A stretch of DNA of 64,000 nucleotides, taken from positions 186,001-250,000 of the forward strand of contig OZ025690.1 in assembly GCA_964019335.1 (NCBI GenBank). The letters run 5' to 3'. The position numbers were made by a program, and so were the translations under genes. Positions 48,871 to 59,643 of this stretch are shown here, piece by piece. Under the pieces are notes generated by a model. That model worked only from the letters and a program-made list of their open reading frames with translations. It did no database searches and had not been told where the DNA came from. How positions within the stretch are numbered: the stretch's first letter is position 1; every line of letters starts with the position of its first letter. Source of the stretch: Diplonema japonicum. Taxonomy: Eukaryota > Protista > Euglenozoa: Diplonemea.

Positions 48871-49356
48871 CTTATTCTTTTTTCCTTTTGTCTCACCTAA
48901 GGGGTGTGTTGTGTTGTAAAAAGCAAAAGGAAGCAACATGAATGTTCTCTTTATGTTTCAAGCAAATGAAAGGAAACAGAGGGAGCATCAAGGGGCTTGA
49001 GGAAGAAAGGTGCACCTTTACTTGGTCGATTGGGGAACCGTTGCAACAGGAATCTTCAACGCCGTGCGCGACACCTTGCAGTAAGAACACGAGAAGAAAT
49101 TGAAAACAAACAAAAAAAGGAGGGGGGGGGAAAGTGGGATTAAAGCGAGTGCTGTGTAATGAGTGAATGAAGAGAGGAGAAAAAGCTTGTTTATTCCCGG
49201 GTTGTATTCTTATACCCGCTGCATATTTTCTGAATCGTCCCATCGCCAACGTGCCAAAAATAAAATAGGCTAATCTTGCACACTGGTGTGAGCTTAAGGG
49301 AGCTAAACGTTTCAGACAAGGCGTGCCACACCCGTTGGCCTCACGACCGGGGTGGG

Positions 49357-49401
<45 letters not shown>

Positions 49402-49628
49402 CAGACACATCCTGCTGGCTTGCCAAGCCCACCTCTCTCCCCTTCGTCTGCTGAGAGAGGCGACCAGATGTGCTTTTTGTTCCTTGAGTGACGCTTCATG
49501 TAAAACAAGACCTGTGCCCCGTGGGGGTTCCTCGTCCACAGGTTTGGCAGGGGTGGCTATTTTACTGTTTTTCTTTGTTTTTTTTTCTTCTAAAACAACG
49601 TTCTTTCTATTACAACTTTTTTTATTTA

Positions 49629-51221
49629 CTGTAAAACAAAAATCACCGGAAGATAAATGTCCGGAAGAAAAAATGTCCGGAAGATAAAATGTCCGGAAGC
49701 TCTGGCGGTCCGGATATTTTTTCTTCCGGACATTTTTTTCCTGGGACCCCCCTTTTATTAAAGGGCTGGACCCGAAAACAGATGAAACTAGTTTCTATAG
49801 CAAGAGAAAATCAAACAAAAATCAGAGAATTGAATTACGGACTTTTCCAAGAACTAAAAGACACCTCAGATCCTGATTGTTTGCTTCTACCACAAGCTTG
49901 TTGAACCAAACCACTTCTTGTGCTTGCTTTAGGGTTGTTCTTATTTTTTGCGGGTTTGCGTCATGGAGCCAATGTCCAGTATATCGCACCCTTCAATGGC
50001 TGCGTCCCAGCAGGTTGGAGAGTACTTTTCCCGACAACAGAACTAAAAAAGGGGGCGAGGAAAGGGCAGCATCTTACCTGTCCGCACGTCTGGCCGTCTT
50101 GTTTGCTGCCTTCGCAGCCTTGGCAGTGCGCCTGGCCTCGGCCTTAATGGCACAAATAGGTGAGGTCTGGGGGACAAACGCTAAGTGAACGTTTGTCTCT
50201 GAAGACAAGTTCACAAAAGCCTGCATAGTGCGGACATTGTAGTCATCAATGATGAGTAGGATGGGCTCGGTGGGTGCTCAGCCCGATGACTCGATGAGGT
50301 TGTAGCAAAGGGGAGAAACAAATCTTTTACCCAGAGCCGAAGCGTTTCCTGGGTGGCCCAGTGAGATTTCGAAGCTGTTAAACTCCAGCCTTTTGGGGGG
50401 TGTGCAACACGAGGGACGGACCCGAGGTATTTCCTGCGAGCTGATTCTGTTTTTCCCGTGTAAATTAACTTCGGGTGCAGTTTGCCACCAGTCAGGGAAA
50501 CGCAAAACTGTCCGGTGACGGCGCGCTTGTCCCAAATCCCTAACCTTGACAACCTTGGGACCCCTTTTCGTCTTCTTCCCAGCGGCAGCAGCTGGTCCAT
50601 GTTCCAGGTCAACCGGCCTGATCTTTGTGAACCTCCTCGCTGCTTGGGTGTCTTTGGGGCTGCTAGACTTCCCTATTGTTGGGCGGCGGCTTGTGATGCC
50701 ATGCTTGGAGCACAGCTGGTTGGCCCTCTGCATACAGGCAGATCGCTGCTACCGGCACCCCCCTTCCGTTCTGCATCTGGATCCAAACAAAGAGCCTTGT
50801 TGTTTCTTCCTAGTTCAGAAGAGGCTTGCGACCCGCAGTAACGGGTGCGGCAGGGGGATCGACCTTGGAGCTACCAAAGCGGTGCTTCCAGTGACTCTCA
50901 CCTGAAGATATTCCCACTTGCAATATCATTTCAGTCACCTGAAGAGGTCAGCACCTGGAGGGGTCGCGAGATATGTCCTTCCCCTTTTTAGAGCATGCAG
51001 CTTTCGTCTGTTAATTTGAATTTTATTTTTGCCGTTCTTAAGACTCTTGCAACAGAAATATAAGTTTTCCAGACAGAGGGGGCAGTGCGTAGGGCAGGCT
51101 AGGTACCCCCTTAGAAAAGTGCCCAAAAGAATGTCCGGAAGATAAAATGTCCGGAAGAAAAAATCACCGGATGTTTCGGCGGTCCGGATATTTTATTTTC
51201 CGGTGGATTTTTGTTTTACAG
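49629..51221 (-). mobile_element. Decayed pogo/Tigger-like DNA transposon
   Basis: TA-flanked TIRs CTGTAAAACAAAAATC(C)ACCGGAA, subterminal AAAATGTCCGGAAG repeats, and a frameshifted DDE_1-like remnant WNMDQ...LIYTGKT...SKSHWATQETLRLW. Confidence 0.88.
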
Positions 51222-51494
51222 TATTTACAATCTTTATCTAGTTGCTGACCCGCTCTTAGGACGTTGTTCCCGATCCTTACCTACTTGTGCCCGAGTTCAC
51301 CCGTTGCTTGTAAGAACCTTATTGTGTCTTTTGGGTTCTTCACGAGTGCTTCTTCTAGATCTTTGACATCTAGTGCGTTCTTTCTTTGTTTGGCTCCGTA
51401 GTCAAGGTGTTGTTCTGCCGGGTATCTTGCTCACCAAAGTGCTCCATGAAAAAGACGAAACGTGAGTAAAAAAAAAAAAAACTATTCTGTTAAC

Positions 51495-52052
51495 TGAATC
51501 GTCCAATACTACCTATAGGCGCTCTTGCAACGACCACCACAGCCATCGCCAACGTGCCAAAAAATGGGCTAAACTCGCACACTGGTGTGAGCTTCAAGGG
51601 AGCTAAACGTTTCAGACATGGCGTGCCACACCCATAGGCTTCACGACTGGGGAGGGGGACATTTATCTTTCGCCCGTAAGCTAGAGTGCGCATGCATCCC
51701 CAGCTCGCTTTGGGAGGTGTTGCCAACACCTGGGTCGCTTCGCGGTCCGACCTGCTGCCCAATTCAAACGCGGAGCAAGCTCCTGGTACTTCCGTCATCA
51801 CGCACTTCACCATCACCGACACCAGGGCGTTCACCATGACTACCGAGATGGGGCACCCTTGCAGGATACCATTCGTCACCCGGAACTCTGAACACCTGTC
51901 GGGAATCGGAATCGCCGTTTCAGGTTCGCATACATAGCTTCACTATCCGCTCGTGCAAACCGAGATCTTGCATCAGGCCAAAAGCTATCTGCTGTGGGAC
52001 TCTGTCGAAACACTTGACAAAGTCCAACGCGATGCCGTTGAGAGGGGAGCCT
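51495..52052 (-). mobile_element. LINE RT fragment, family C (3' part also present at ~49231-49355)
   Basis: ALDFVKCFDRVPQ and TNGILQGCPIS motifs. Block CCATCGCCAACGTGCCAAAAA...GAGCTAAACGTTTCAGACA.GGCGTGCCACACCC is shared with 49240-49335. Confidence 0.8.
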
Positions 52053-52092
52053 GTGTAAAAAAAAAAAAAAGAAAAGAAAGTCTCAAATTCTT

Positions 52093-53028
52093 CTACCACC
52101 ACCCTTTCTTCTTTTGGGTGGTGACTTTTACAGAATGGGAAGACGGGTGGACTTTGTTGTCACCAGTCTTGCTGTGGTAGAGTGTCAGGGAGAAGGTGAC
52201 ATCCGCGTTGAGCCTGCCGTCCGCGTGCCCTTCGTGCGAGGTGGCAAAGGTCAAGTCCTCGAGATCATCGTGCACGAGCAGGAGCAAGCTGTGGAGCGAC
52301 TCATCCACAGTCTCGGTGAACCGCTTCAGGACATCATTCTGCACGCCCTCCGTGATGTAAGTAGTGTCCCCACCAGAACTGAACGAGGACGAAGAGTGTG
52401 AGAACACACTGTTCACACCGTGTTTGTACCGGAGCTGCTCTCTGCTACCTGACAGAGCATCGTACAGAACATCCTTTGCGTCGACCTCATAGTACTTGGT
52501 AGGGTCTGCCGCAAGCGGGTGACTGGGTGTGTCGAGTTTAGAAACTTGTCTGGCTGTTTCCTCCGATTTCTTGAATGGTCGGGCCTCCGTGACAGGGTGG
52601 AGTTCAGAAAAGGAATAAAGATCTCCTTTCCCTCCCTCAAGGATGTCTGTCCATTCTAAGGCCCCATCGGGTTTCGGGAAATCCTCGTCTCTCTCTGTTT
52701 CGAGTTCCGAACACCCCTTGTCGGGGTAGACGCTGCGGGACTTGAACAGGGTTTTGTCCTTGCAAGTGACCTCGAGGTTGGTGATCACCCTTGGGTTCTT
52801 TTCCTTCTTTTCGGAGTACCATACGTTTTGTACAGTTGCGGATCCCACAGAGAGCGCCACGCCTCTCTTTTCTTGTTGGATCGTCTCCACGGTCATCCAC
52901 AGTGCCTTTGCGACGCCTTTTAATACAGCTTTCGTGAAACCCATTGCTTTGCCGTCCATCACCTTCACGGTGACCGGAAATGTTTTCTTTGTGAACCTGT
53001 CGCGGTTGCAGTGGAATGATGCGACCAT
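52093..53028 (-). CDS. Hypothetical protein (311 aa), possibly truncated
   Basis: Long ORF with coding-like composition and ATG after an A-run; flanked by LINE remnants. Confidence 0.55.
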   Translation of the reverse strand: MVASFHCNRDRFTKKTFPVTVKVMDGKAMGFTKAVLKGVAKALWMTVETIQQEKRGVALSVGSATVQNVWYSEKKEKNPRVITNLEVTCKDKTLFKSRSVYPDKGCSELETERDEDFPKPDGALEWTDILEGGKGDLYSFSELHPVTEARPFKKSEETARQVSKLDTPSHPLAADPTKYYEVDAKDVLYDALSGSREQLRYKHGVNSVFSHSSSSFSSGGDTTYITEGVQNDVLKRFTETVDESLHSLLLLVHDDLEDLTFATSHEGHADGRLNADVTFSLTLYHSKTGDNKVHPSSHSVKVTTQKKKGWW

Positions 53029-53942
53029 TTTTTTACCCCTTCCTTTCCTTTTCTTTGTGCATTATTAAAATCGGTTTTTGGGAGGAACCTCCTAGGTGGT
53101 GTCCTTCTCCACCCAGCGCAGCTCAACAATTGCCCACCACCCGATTTTGAAAGAAGCATTGCCCCAACACCCTGAGTACGAACGACAGTGGATTCACGCC
53201 TTTCAAAGAGGCAGTCATCGAAGGGCAGTCTAAACAACTGCTAAGGTCAACTACAGAGCAGGCTGCCCCAATACCATGCCCCGAAACACAGAATGAGTGC
53301 CCTGAGACCTCAATGCGCCGCGACAGTACCTTTTGGGACCATTTCCCCGAAAAGGTAGCGCAACGTGCGGTGCAAGCATTGCAAGTCAAAAAGACCCCAG
53401 TTTCAGTGTTAAACTTTGCGTGACTCCGTGCTTCAAAGACCACCACCTTGCCGGGATACCCCCCAGAAACCCCTCTCGGGGTCAAAAAAAGAAGTTCCCC
53501 AGCCCTGGGGCACATACGAACCGCGTCAAGAAGGCCTTAAATAGCTCATTATAGAAGTTTACAGTCGATTCTTTTCTTTTGTACCCACTCGGGAACGATA
53601 TTTTTGACAATGTTGTGGGGGTGGGCCTGCTGTGGGCACCCTCTCTCTAGAATTGGGACATCTGGAGGCATTTCCTGTTGCGCTAGAATAATCTTTTTTG
53701 AAGTTTTGAAAAATTACCCCCTGGTGGGCAAAAACGGTCCGTTGGTAGATGGTTAATAATCTTATATATGAGTTAAAGGAGGCCGGTGTTGGCGGCGCCC
53801 TGCACAAGAACTGTCTACTTGATTACAGGGGGCGCGCCGCGGCCGAGTTGTAGCTTCTTCTGCGTTCCGCGTCGTGTCCTTAATGCGTGCGGTGTACAGC
53901 TCAACCCCAGCCGGGGCGTCCCGGGTAACCAAGCACAATCTT

Positions 53943-54538
53943 TATTTCACTCTTCTGAAATTACTTCACGCACTGGGGGGCCCATTACCTCTCGCTAAAT
54001 CTCATTACTTCACGGTGAATTAATGGTCTGTTTTCCGTGAAGTAATAGGGGTTTCTGGTGATAATACGCCTCAGTAGGCCAATTTTTTGCCTCGGTTCGG
54101 TTCCCAGTGGGTCACTTTTTCCTCTCAGTTTGCCAATTTCCCCCAGGTTCAGCTCAATTGGCCAACTTTTGCCACGGCTCCGTTCCTTTTTGGACTACTT
54201 TTTCCTCCTAATTTGCCCACTTTTGGCTAGGCCTTGTTCCCAGTTACAACTTTTCTATTTAGTCAGCTTATCCAACAGCCTCCCCAAAAGACTTCAAATA
54301 CCGAAGCAGCAGAAAGTGAGGAGCGAGTGGCCACGCCCGGTATGGGGGGCCTGATTAGAGATGGTGACAGTGGCAATGCCAACCACAGCGGCAGCACTTA
54401 GTCAACAAAAGGAGGAAAAACAACTTGTATTGTAACCTTTGTGACCTTCTCTTGTTTGTACCCAGTATGCTTAACCGACCTCTCGGGTTCCGTATTTTAC
54501 CTGCGGGCCCTCGATGGTAAATTGCGGAACCGAGAGGT
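53943..54538 (+). mobile_element. HINE-like element copy 3 (diverged; lacks the inner subterminal IR and right end)
   Basis: Colinear similarity to copies 1 and 2; ends abruptly at the 3' flank of UBL-ankyrin copy 4. Confidence 0.7.
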
Positions 54539-54906
54539 ACTTATCATTGTAACCCTTCGGTTCAGTTAAGTGACCCGGAAATCAGGTTGTTAAACAGAAC
54601 TGGTACTACATTTTAAAATACGAAACATCAAGAAGAAAGTTTAGGAGAGGAAGGAAAAGGACAAAAATCTTCGAAGAAAGAGCTTCATCTTCTTCACGTC
54701 AAGGTGCCACAAGGTGACGGCCCCTTTAAGGGAGTAGAAGAGAAATGACAGTGACTCACACAACCCGTTTGTGTCGGTCGGCAAACAAAAATAAGGACCA
54801 CCCCGTGCCGTGCATCAGGTTAGAAAAGAACGGGTCTTCGGGAAAAGGGAGGGGGGTAAAGGGAAACGAAGAAAGAACCAATATAATAAGAGACACAGAA
54901 GAAAAG

Positions 54907-56970
54907 TCACTGTCCCACCCCCTTCAGAGCATCCAAGTATGAGACAGAAGGGTTTGCCTCCCTCCCCTCAAAGGGTAAACAGGGCTCCTTCCGTAACTCC
55001 TCAATTCTCATGTACAACCCATCGCTGTGGCGGTGTTTCGCCTTGCGTTTCCTGAAGTGGCCTTCCGGTCTTGTGTCCACCTTTCCACCACAACGGGACG
55101 TCTTGAAGTGCAGCAAGGGTATGTCCTCGTCAGACGAGGATGCCTTGTACACACCTTTCACTGCCACAACTGCACTAGGACACCTGTCCGAAGAAACAAG
55201 ATGAGAACAAACCTCGCCGCTATCGTCCTTCGCATCAGGGTCCGCTCCGCGCGACATGAGGAGGGACACCATTTCCCTTTCACGATGGAGATCGGAAGTA
55301 AAGTTCTGTCGCTGCCCGTTCTTCATGACAGTCACAGAGCATGAACCCCCAATACCACATCGAGAGGTTTCCTGAGGGTTCCCGAGCCGCTTCGCCACTG
55401 TGTCTGAAACAGTGTGGAGGGGGGTCTTGCCTGTGTTGTCCCTTGCGTTCACGTTGGGGCGGCGAGCAACAAGTAAGGATTCCAAGATGAGAGGGCATGT
55501 CCCCATGTCTTTTACATCCACATCGGGAGAGGCTTCTTCCAAGAGACAAACAACAAGATCTACTAAACCAGCACCGACAAAAATGTGGAGAGGAGTCTGT
55601 CCCTTGTTGTTCCTCACGTTCACATCAGCACCGCTACACAGAATGAGGGAAGCAACGAAGGGCTTCACGACAAGATGAAGTGCCGTGTTGCCTTCATTGT
55701 CTTGTGCGTTCACATCGGGAGAGGCCGCAAGCACGCCCCCAACAATGCCAGCAACACCAGTAAGGACAGAAAGGTGGAGAAGGGTTTGATCATTCTTATT
55801 TCTCAGGTTCACATTCGCACCGTGCCGCAACAAGACTGCCATATGATGATGAAAGGACGGTTTGCAGTTCAGATGATTGGTCACTGCTACATGGCATGCT
55901 GTGTTGCCACTCGTATCTTGTGCATTCACATCACAAGAAGCTTCGAGCAAGAGTTCAGCGATTCTTGTATTTCTAGTAAGGTGAAGAGGTGTTTCTTTTC
56001 TACGGGTCTTTGCATTCACATCCGCACCCCATGCAAGCAAAGACGAGACAACATCGATGTGGCCAAGCTGCGAGGCATTGTGAAGGGGTGACCACATATT
56101 GCTGTTCATAACATAGTTGACAGCTGCACCATGTTGCAGGAGGAGGGATGCTGCTTCGGCACTCGTGACATAATGAAGGGGACTGTCTCCGTAATAGCCA
56201 CACAGGTTCGGATCAGCAGACTTCTCGAGAAGCAAGGCGATGATACTAATGTAGTCCCCTTGCGTTGCTATTATGAGAGGAGTATCGCCATAAGGAACCT
56301 TCAGGTTCACCCCTGCACCAGCCTCGAGTAACATCGAGACGATTTCGGTGTTGCCCAACTCCACAGCTCTACCGAATGGAGAGCCGTAACTGTCAGCTAT
56401 GCTAACACCATTCGACAGTAGGAACTGAATCATTGCAACCTGCTGACTGGACACTGCTTCCTTGAGTGCATACAACATGTCTGCACCAGCAGCCAGAAGG
56501 AAATCAACACACTGGATGAAGCCCCGATGGGACATGTTGTTAACCAGGTCGCACTTCTGACCATCATTGCACATCCCTGCCTCCATCATCATAGCCAGCA
56601 CTTCACATAGTTCCCTGTCCAAGTCCTGCCGGCCCTCAACAGAGAGGTCTGCGTCTTCTCCAGATTTGTGATCAGCGAGGGACATTACACCCTTGCCTGC
56701 CCAACCCAACTCCTTCAGATGATGAAGTGCCACCTCTTTCTTGTTCAAGACCAGCTGCAGCTCACTCCGATCCCCAAAGGGAAGCTCCCCAACGAGCCTG
56801 CCGTCACTGTCACCGAACACCTCCCCTTCAAAGGAGAGGTCGAAGGTGTTGACGCACATCCCGGACTGCGACGCCACCCTTTCCTTCAAGCCCGCCAAGC
56901 TCTCCATCGGGCCTACCTCCACTTCCATCCACTCACCTCCAGGGTGTTGCACCAACAGCTCAACTGACAT
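54907..56970 (-). CDS. UBL-ankyrin copy 4 (intact, 687 aa, fewer repeats)
   Basis: Uninterrupted ORF from MSVELLVQ; lacks four central repeats present in copies 1 and 3. Confidence 0.88.
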   Translation of the reverse strand: MSVELLVQHPGGEWMEVEVGPMESLAGLKERVASQSGMCVNTFDLSFEGEVFGDSDGRLVGELPFGDRSELQLVLNKKEVALHHLKELGWAGKGVMSLADHKSGEDADLSVEGRQDLDRELCEVLAMMMEAGMCNDGQKCDLVNNMSHRGFIQCVDFLLAAGADMLYALKEAVSSQQVAMIQFLLSNGVSIADSYGSPFGRAVELGNTEIVSMLLEAGAGVNLKVPYGDTPLIIATQGDYISIIALLLEKSADPNLCGYYGDSPLHYVTSAEAASLLLQHGAAVNYVMNSNMWSPLHNASQLGHIDVVSSLLAWGADVNAKTRRKETPLHLTRNTRIAELLLEASCDVNAQDTSGNTACHVAVTNHLNCKPSFHHHMAVLLRHGANVNLRNKNDQTLLHLSVLTGVAGIVGGVLAASPDVNAQDNEGNTALHLVVKPFVASLILCSGADVNVRNNKGQTPLHIFVGAGLVDLVVCLLEEASPDVDVKDMGTCPLILESLLVARRPNVNARDNTGKTPLHTVSDTVAKRLGNPQETSRCGIGGSCSVTVMKNGQRQNFTSDLHREREMVSLLMSRGADPDAKDDSGEVCSHLVSSDRCPSAVVAVKGVYKASSSDEDIPLLHFKTSRCGGKVDTRPEGHFRKRKAKHRHSDGLYMRIEELRKEPCLPFEGREANPSVSYLDALKGVGQ

Positions 56971-57679
56971 TTTATTCTTTTTTCCTTTTGTCTCACCTAA
57001 GGGGTGGGGTGTGTTGTGTTGTAAAAAGAAAAAGGAAAAAAAAAAAAAATGGGGCTTTGATTGCAACACTAGGTGGCGTTAAGCGTGAACGAAGCACGAA
57101 CTACCTACTTGATTACAGGGCGCTCCTCGGCCGAGCAGTAGCTTCTTCTGCGTTCCGCGTCGTGTCCTTAAAAAGCTGCGAGGGGTCTTTTTTTTTTTTT
57201 TTAAATGCTCGGCATAAGTTGTGTATTGTGAAATGAATGAAAAAAAAATGCACATGGGTTTGAACGTAATACAATAAGGGCCACTTCTTTTACAAGGTAG
57301 GTACCTTAATAACTCGGCAGGGGGGGTGGGGGAGTTATATCGACTAGTACCTGGTCTGTTAAGCCGCCTACGGGGAGGTGCCGCCATCACCTAGCCCCAG
57401 TAATTTTTAAGGGAGGAGGTGTTTTTAAAAACAAAAGGAATATTGTGCAAAGTCAGGTTGCCCAAGGAGAAAAAAAAAGAAAAAAAGAGAGGGGGGGGAA
57501 AGTTCGATAAGGTTTCTATGTGCAGGGAGTGCTAAAGGAAAAAAGAAGAAGAAAAAAGAGGAGGCTGGAAAAAAAGAGGGGGGGGAAGAAAATCATCACG
57601 GAATTGATAATAATTCATGATGGCTGGAAGAAGGAGATGCGAACAGAGCTGTGAACAAAAAAAAAAAAAGAAGAAGAAG

Positions 57680-57710
<31 letters not shown>

Positions 57711-58163
57711 GAGACATTTAAAAAAGAGAGAGAAAATCGCTGGCTCACTTCTTTCCCTATTCATTTGAATGAAGAACACTTTAAGGGCTTCCAGACACAT
57801 GCTCGAACTGCACTCCCCTGTGTGTCCCTGGATCAACGCAATCTGGGCCTACTCATTTCGACCGCCCTTCCCAAAAATCTTAAAATTTTAGATCCGGGTG
57901 TGTGGATTTGGCAGGGAGGAGCTGTAAAGGCACCCTCAAGGATCTTACTGTAACCAACTCTTGTATTGCGCACATGGGTTCGACACATGATTCAGACTAG
58001 CTTACCAAAAGGTAAGAGCCACGTCTTTACAAAGTAGCCGAGTCATTGCAATAAAAAGAATAAAGGTGACTAATATCCTCAAGAGCATCGACAGGAACAT
58101 TGCTTATTAAGCGACCCCGCCTACGGGGAGGTGCCGTCATCACCTGGACCAAAGTCCCAGTAA

Positions 58164-58228
<65 letters not shown>

Positions 58229-58365
58229 AAAAGGAATATTGTGCAAAGTCACGTTGAGCCCAGATACGAGAAAAAATATCATCGCGAATAGGGGGGAAAA
58301 TATACACAAGAACCCTATCCCAAATGAAAACGTTTTTGCCGTTTGTCACAATAGTTATTTTTTCT

Positions 58366-58400
<35 letters not shown>

Positions 58401-58484
58401 CAAATTTATGAAAGGTGCCAAAGTACACGGATTCAGCTAAATGTTGACTCCCCCCAAAAAAAATTGCAAAAAAAAAAAAAAAAT

Positions 58485-59643
58485 TAACTATTTATTGCCA
58501 ACAAATTATGAGTCATTATTTAACTCGAGTTCCCGAATTTTTTGCACGCAGGGCCTTTTTGGGGATTTTCCTAAGGTAATATGGGGTTGCTATTTCGCCG
58601 TGGCATTTAAAGGGGAAGTAAGGCACTTATTCCCACTTTTAAGGGCTGGAATGGCCTCAGATGGCCAAAAATAGTCTCGGTTCCGCATTTTGCCATCTCG
58701 GGCCCTGCGGGCCCTCGACGGTAAAATGCGGAACCTCGAGGTAACGGTAAAGTCATTACTTGTTGGCAGTAAATAGCTATTATTTCACTCTTCGTCATTT
58801 TCTTCACTCACTAGGGGCCTCATTATTTAACGCGAAATGGCCATTATTTAACGCGAAACGGCCATTATTTAACGCGAAATCGCCATTATTTAACTAGTTA
58901 AATAATGAGATTTTGCAGTTAAATAATGGCCCTTCAGAGTGGAAAAATGAGTCTCGCCGTGGAAAAAAATGCACCCAACCCCTTGAAAAACTTTTTTGGG
59001 GTGGGCGTATTTTGAGGTCGGTAAAGCATTACTTGGCGGTAGGTAAGTGGTTTTATTTCACGACACTCTGAAATTACTTCACCACGAGGGGCACAACAGG
59101 GTGACAAGGGGTACAACAAGAGAGGGGTTACAAAGGTTACAATACAAGTTGTTTTCCCTCCTTTTGTTGACTTAGAGCTGCCGCTGTCGCTGGCATTGCC
59201 ACTGTCACCATCTCTAATCAGGCCTTCCCGGCGCGGCCGCTGGCTCCTTTTTTTCTGCTGCTTCGGTATTTTGAAGTCATTTGGGGAGCTTGGGTAAGCT
59301 GACTAAGTTACCCTTACCCACAGAAGAGTTACCCCCAGAAACTGGGAACAAGGCCTAGCCAAAAGTGGGCAAATTGGGAGGAAAAAGTAGTCCAACTTGG
59401 AACTGAGCCGAGGCAAAAGTTGGCCAATTGAGCTGAACCTGGGGGGAAATAGCAAACTGAGAGAAAAAGTAGCCCCACTGGGAACCGAACCGAGGCAAAA
59501 ATTGGCCTACCGAGGCATATTATTTAACGGAAACCCCCTATTACTTCACGGAAAACAGGCCATTATTTCACCGTGAAGTAATGAGATTTAGCGTGAAGTA
59601 ATGGGCCCCCCAGTGCGTGAAGTAATTTCTGAAGAGTGAAATA
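58485..59643. mobile_element. Composite of two related HINE-like elements with an internal inversion
   Basis: 59014-59643 is the reverse complement of the element body. 58675-58779 is its right end in forward orientation. 58781-59013 and 58485-58674 are the two halves of a sister family with 21-bp repeats CCATTATTTAACGCGAAA. Confidence 0.75.

Noticed and set aside
53090-53550. Possible further LINE fragment (short match GGTGGTGTCCTTCTCCACCCAGC to family B)
   Set aside because: Similarity is limited to ~30 bp and boundaries could not be defined, so it is not listed as a feature.
22471-53780. Shared 18-mer TATATATGAGTTAAAGGA at ~22471 and ~53763, resembling the MITE end TATATGAG
   Set aside because: No partner inverted end was found for either; insufficient to call an element.
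2988-56970. Diversity-generating retroelement (ankyrin variable sites plus nearby RT)
   Set aside because: Differences are not adenine-specific, there is no template/variable repeat pair, and the RTs are LINE-type.
58100-58145. C/D box snoRNA (GTGATGA on the minus strand)
   Set aside because: No suitably placed CTGA box D, and box C is not conserved in the second copy.
58820-58895. CRISPR-like array (21-bp repeats)
   Set aside because: The repeats are contiguous without unique spacers, there are no cas genes, and they are part of a dispersed element.
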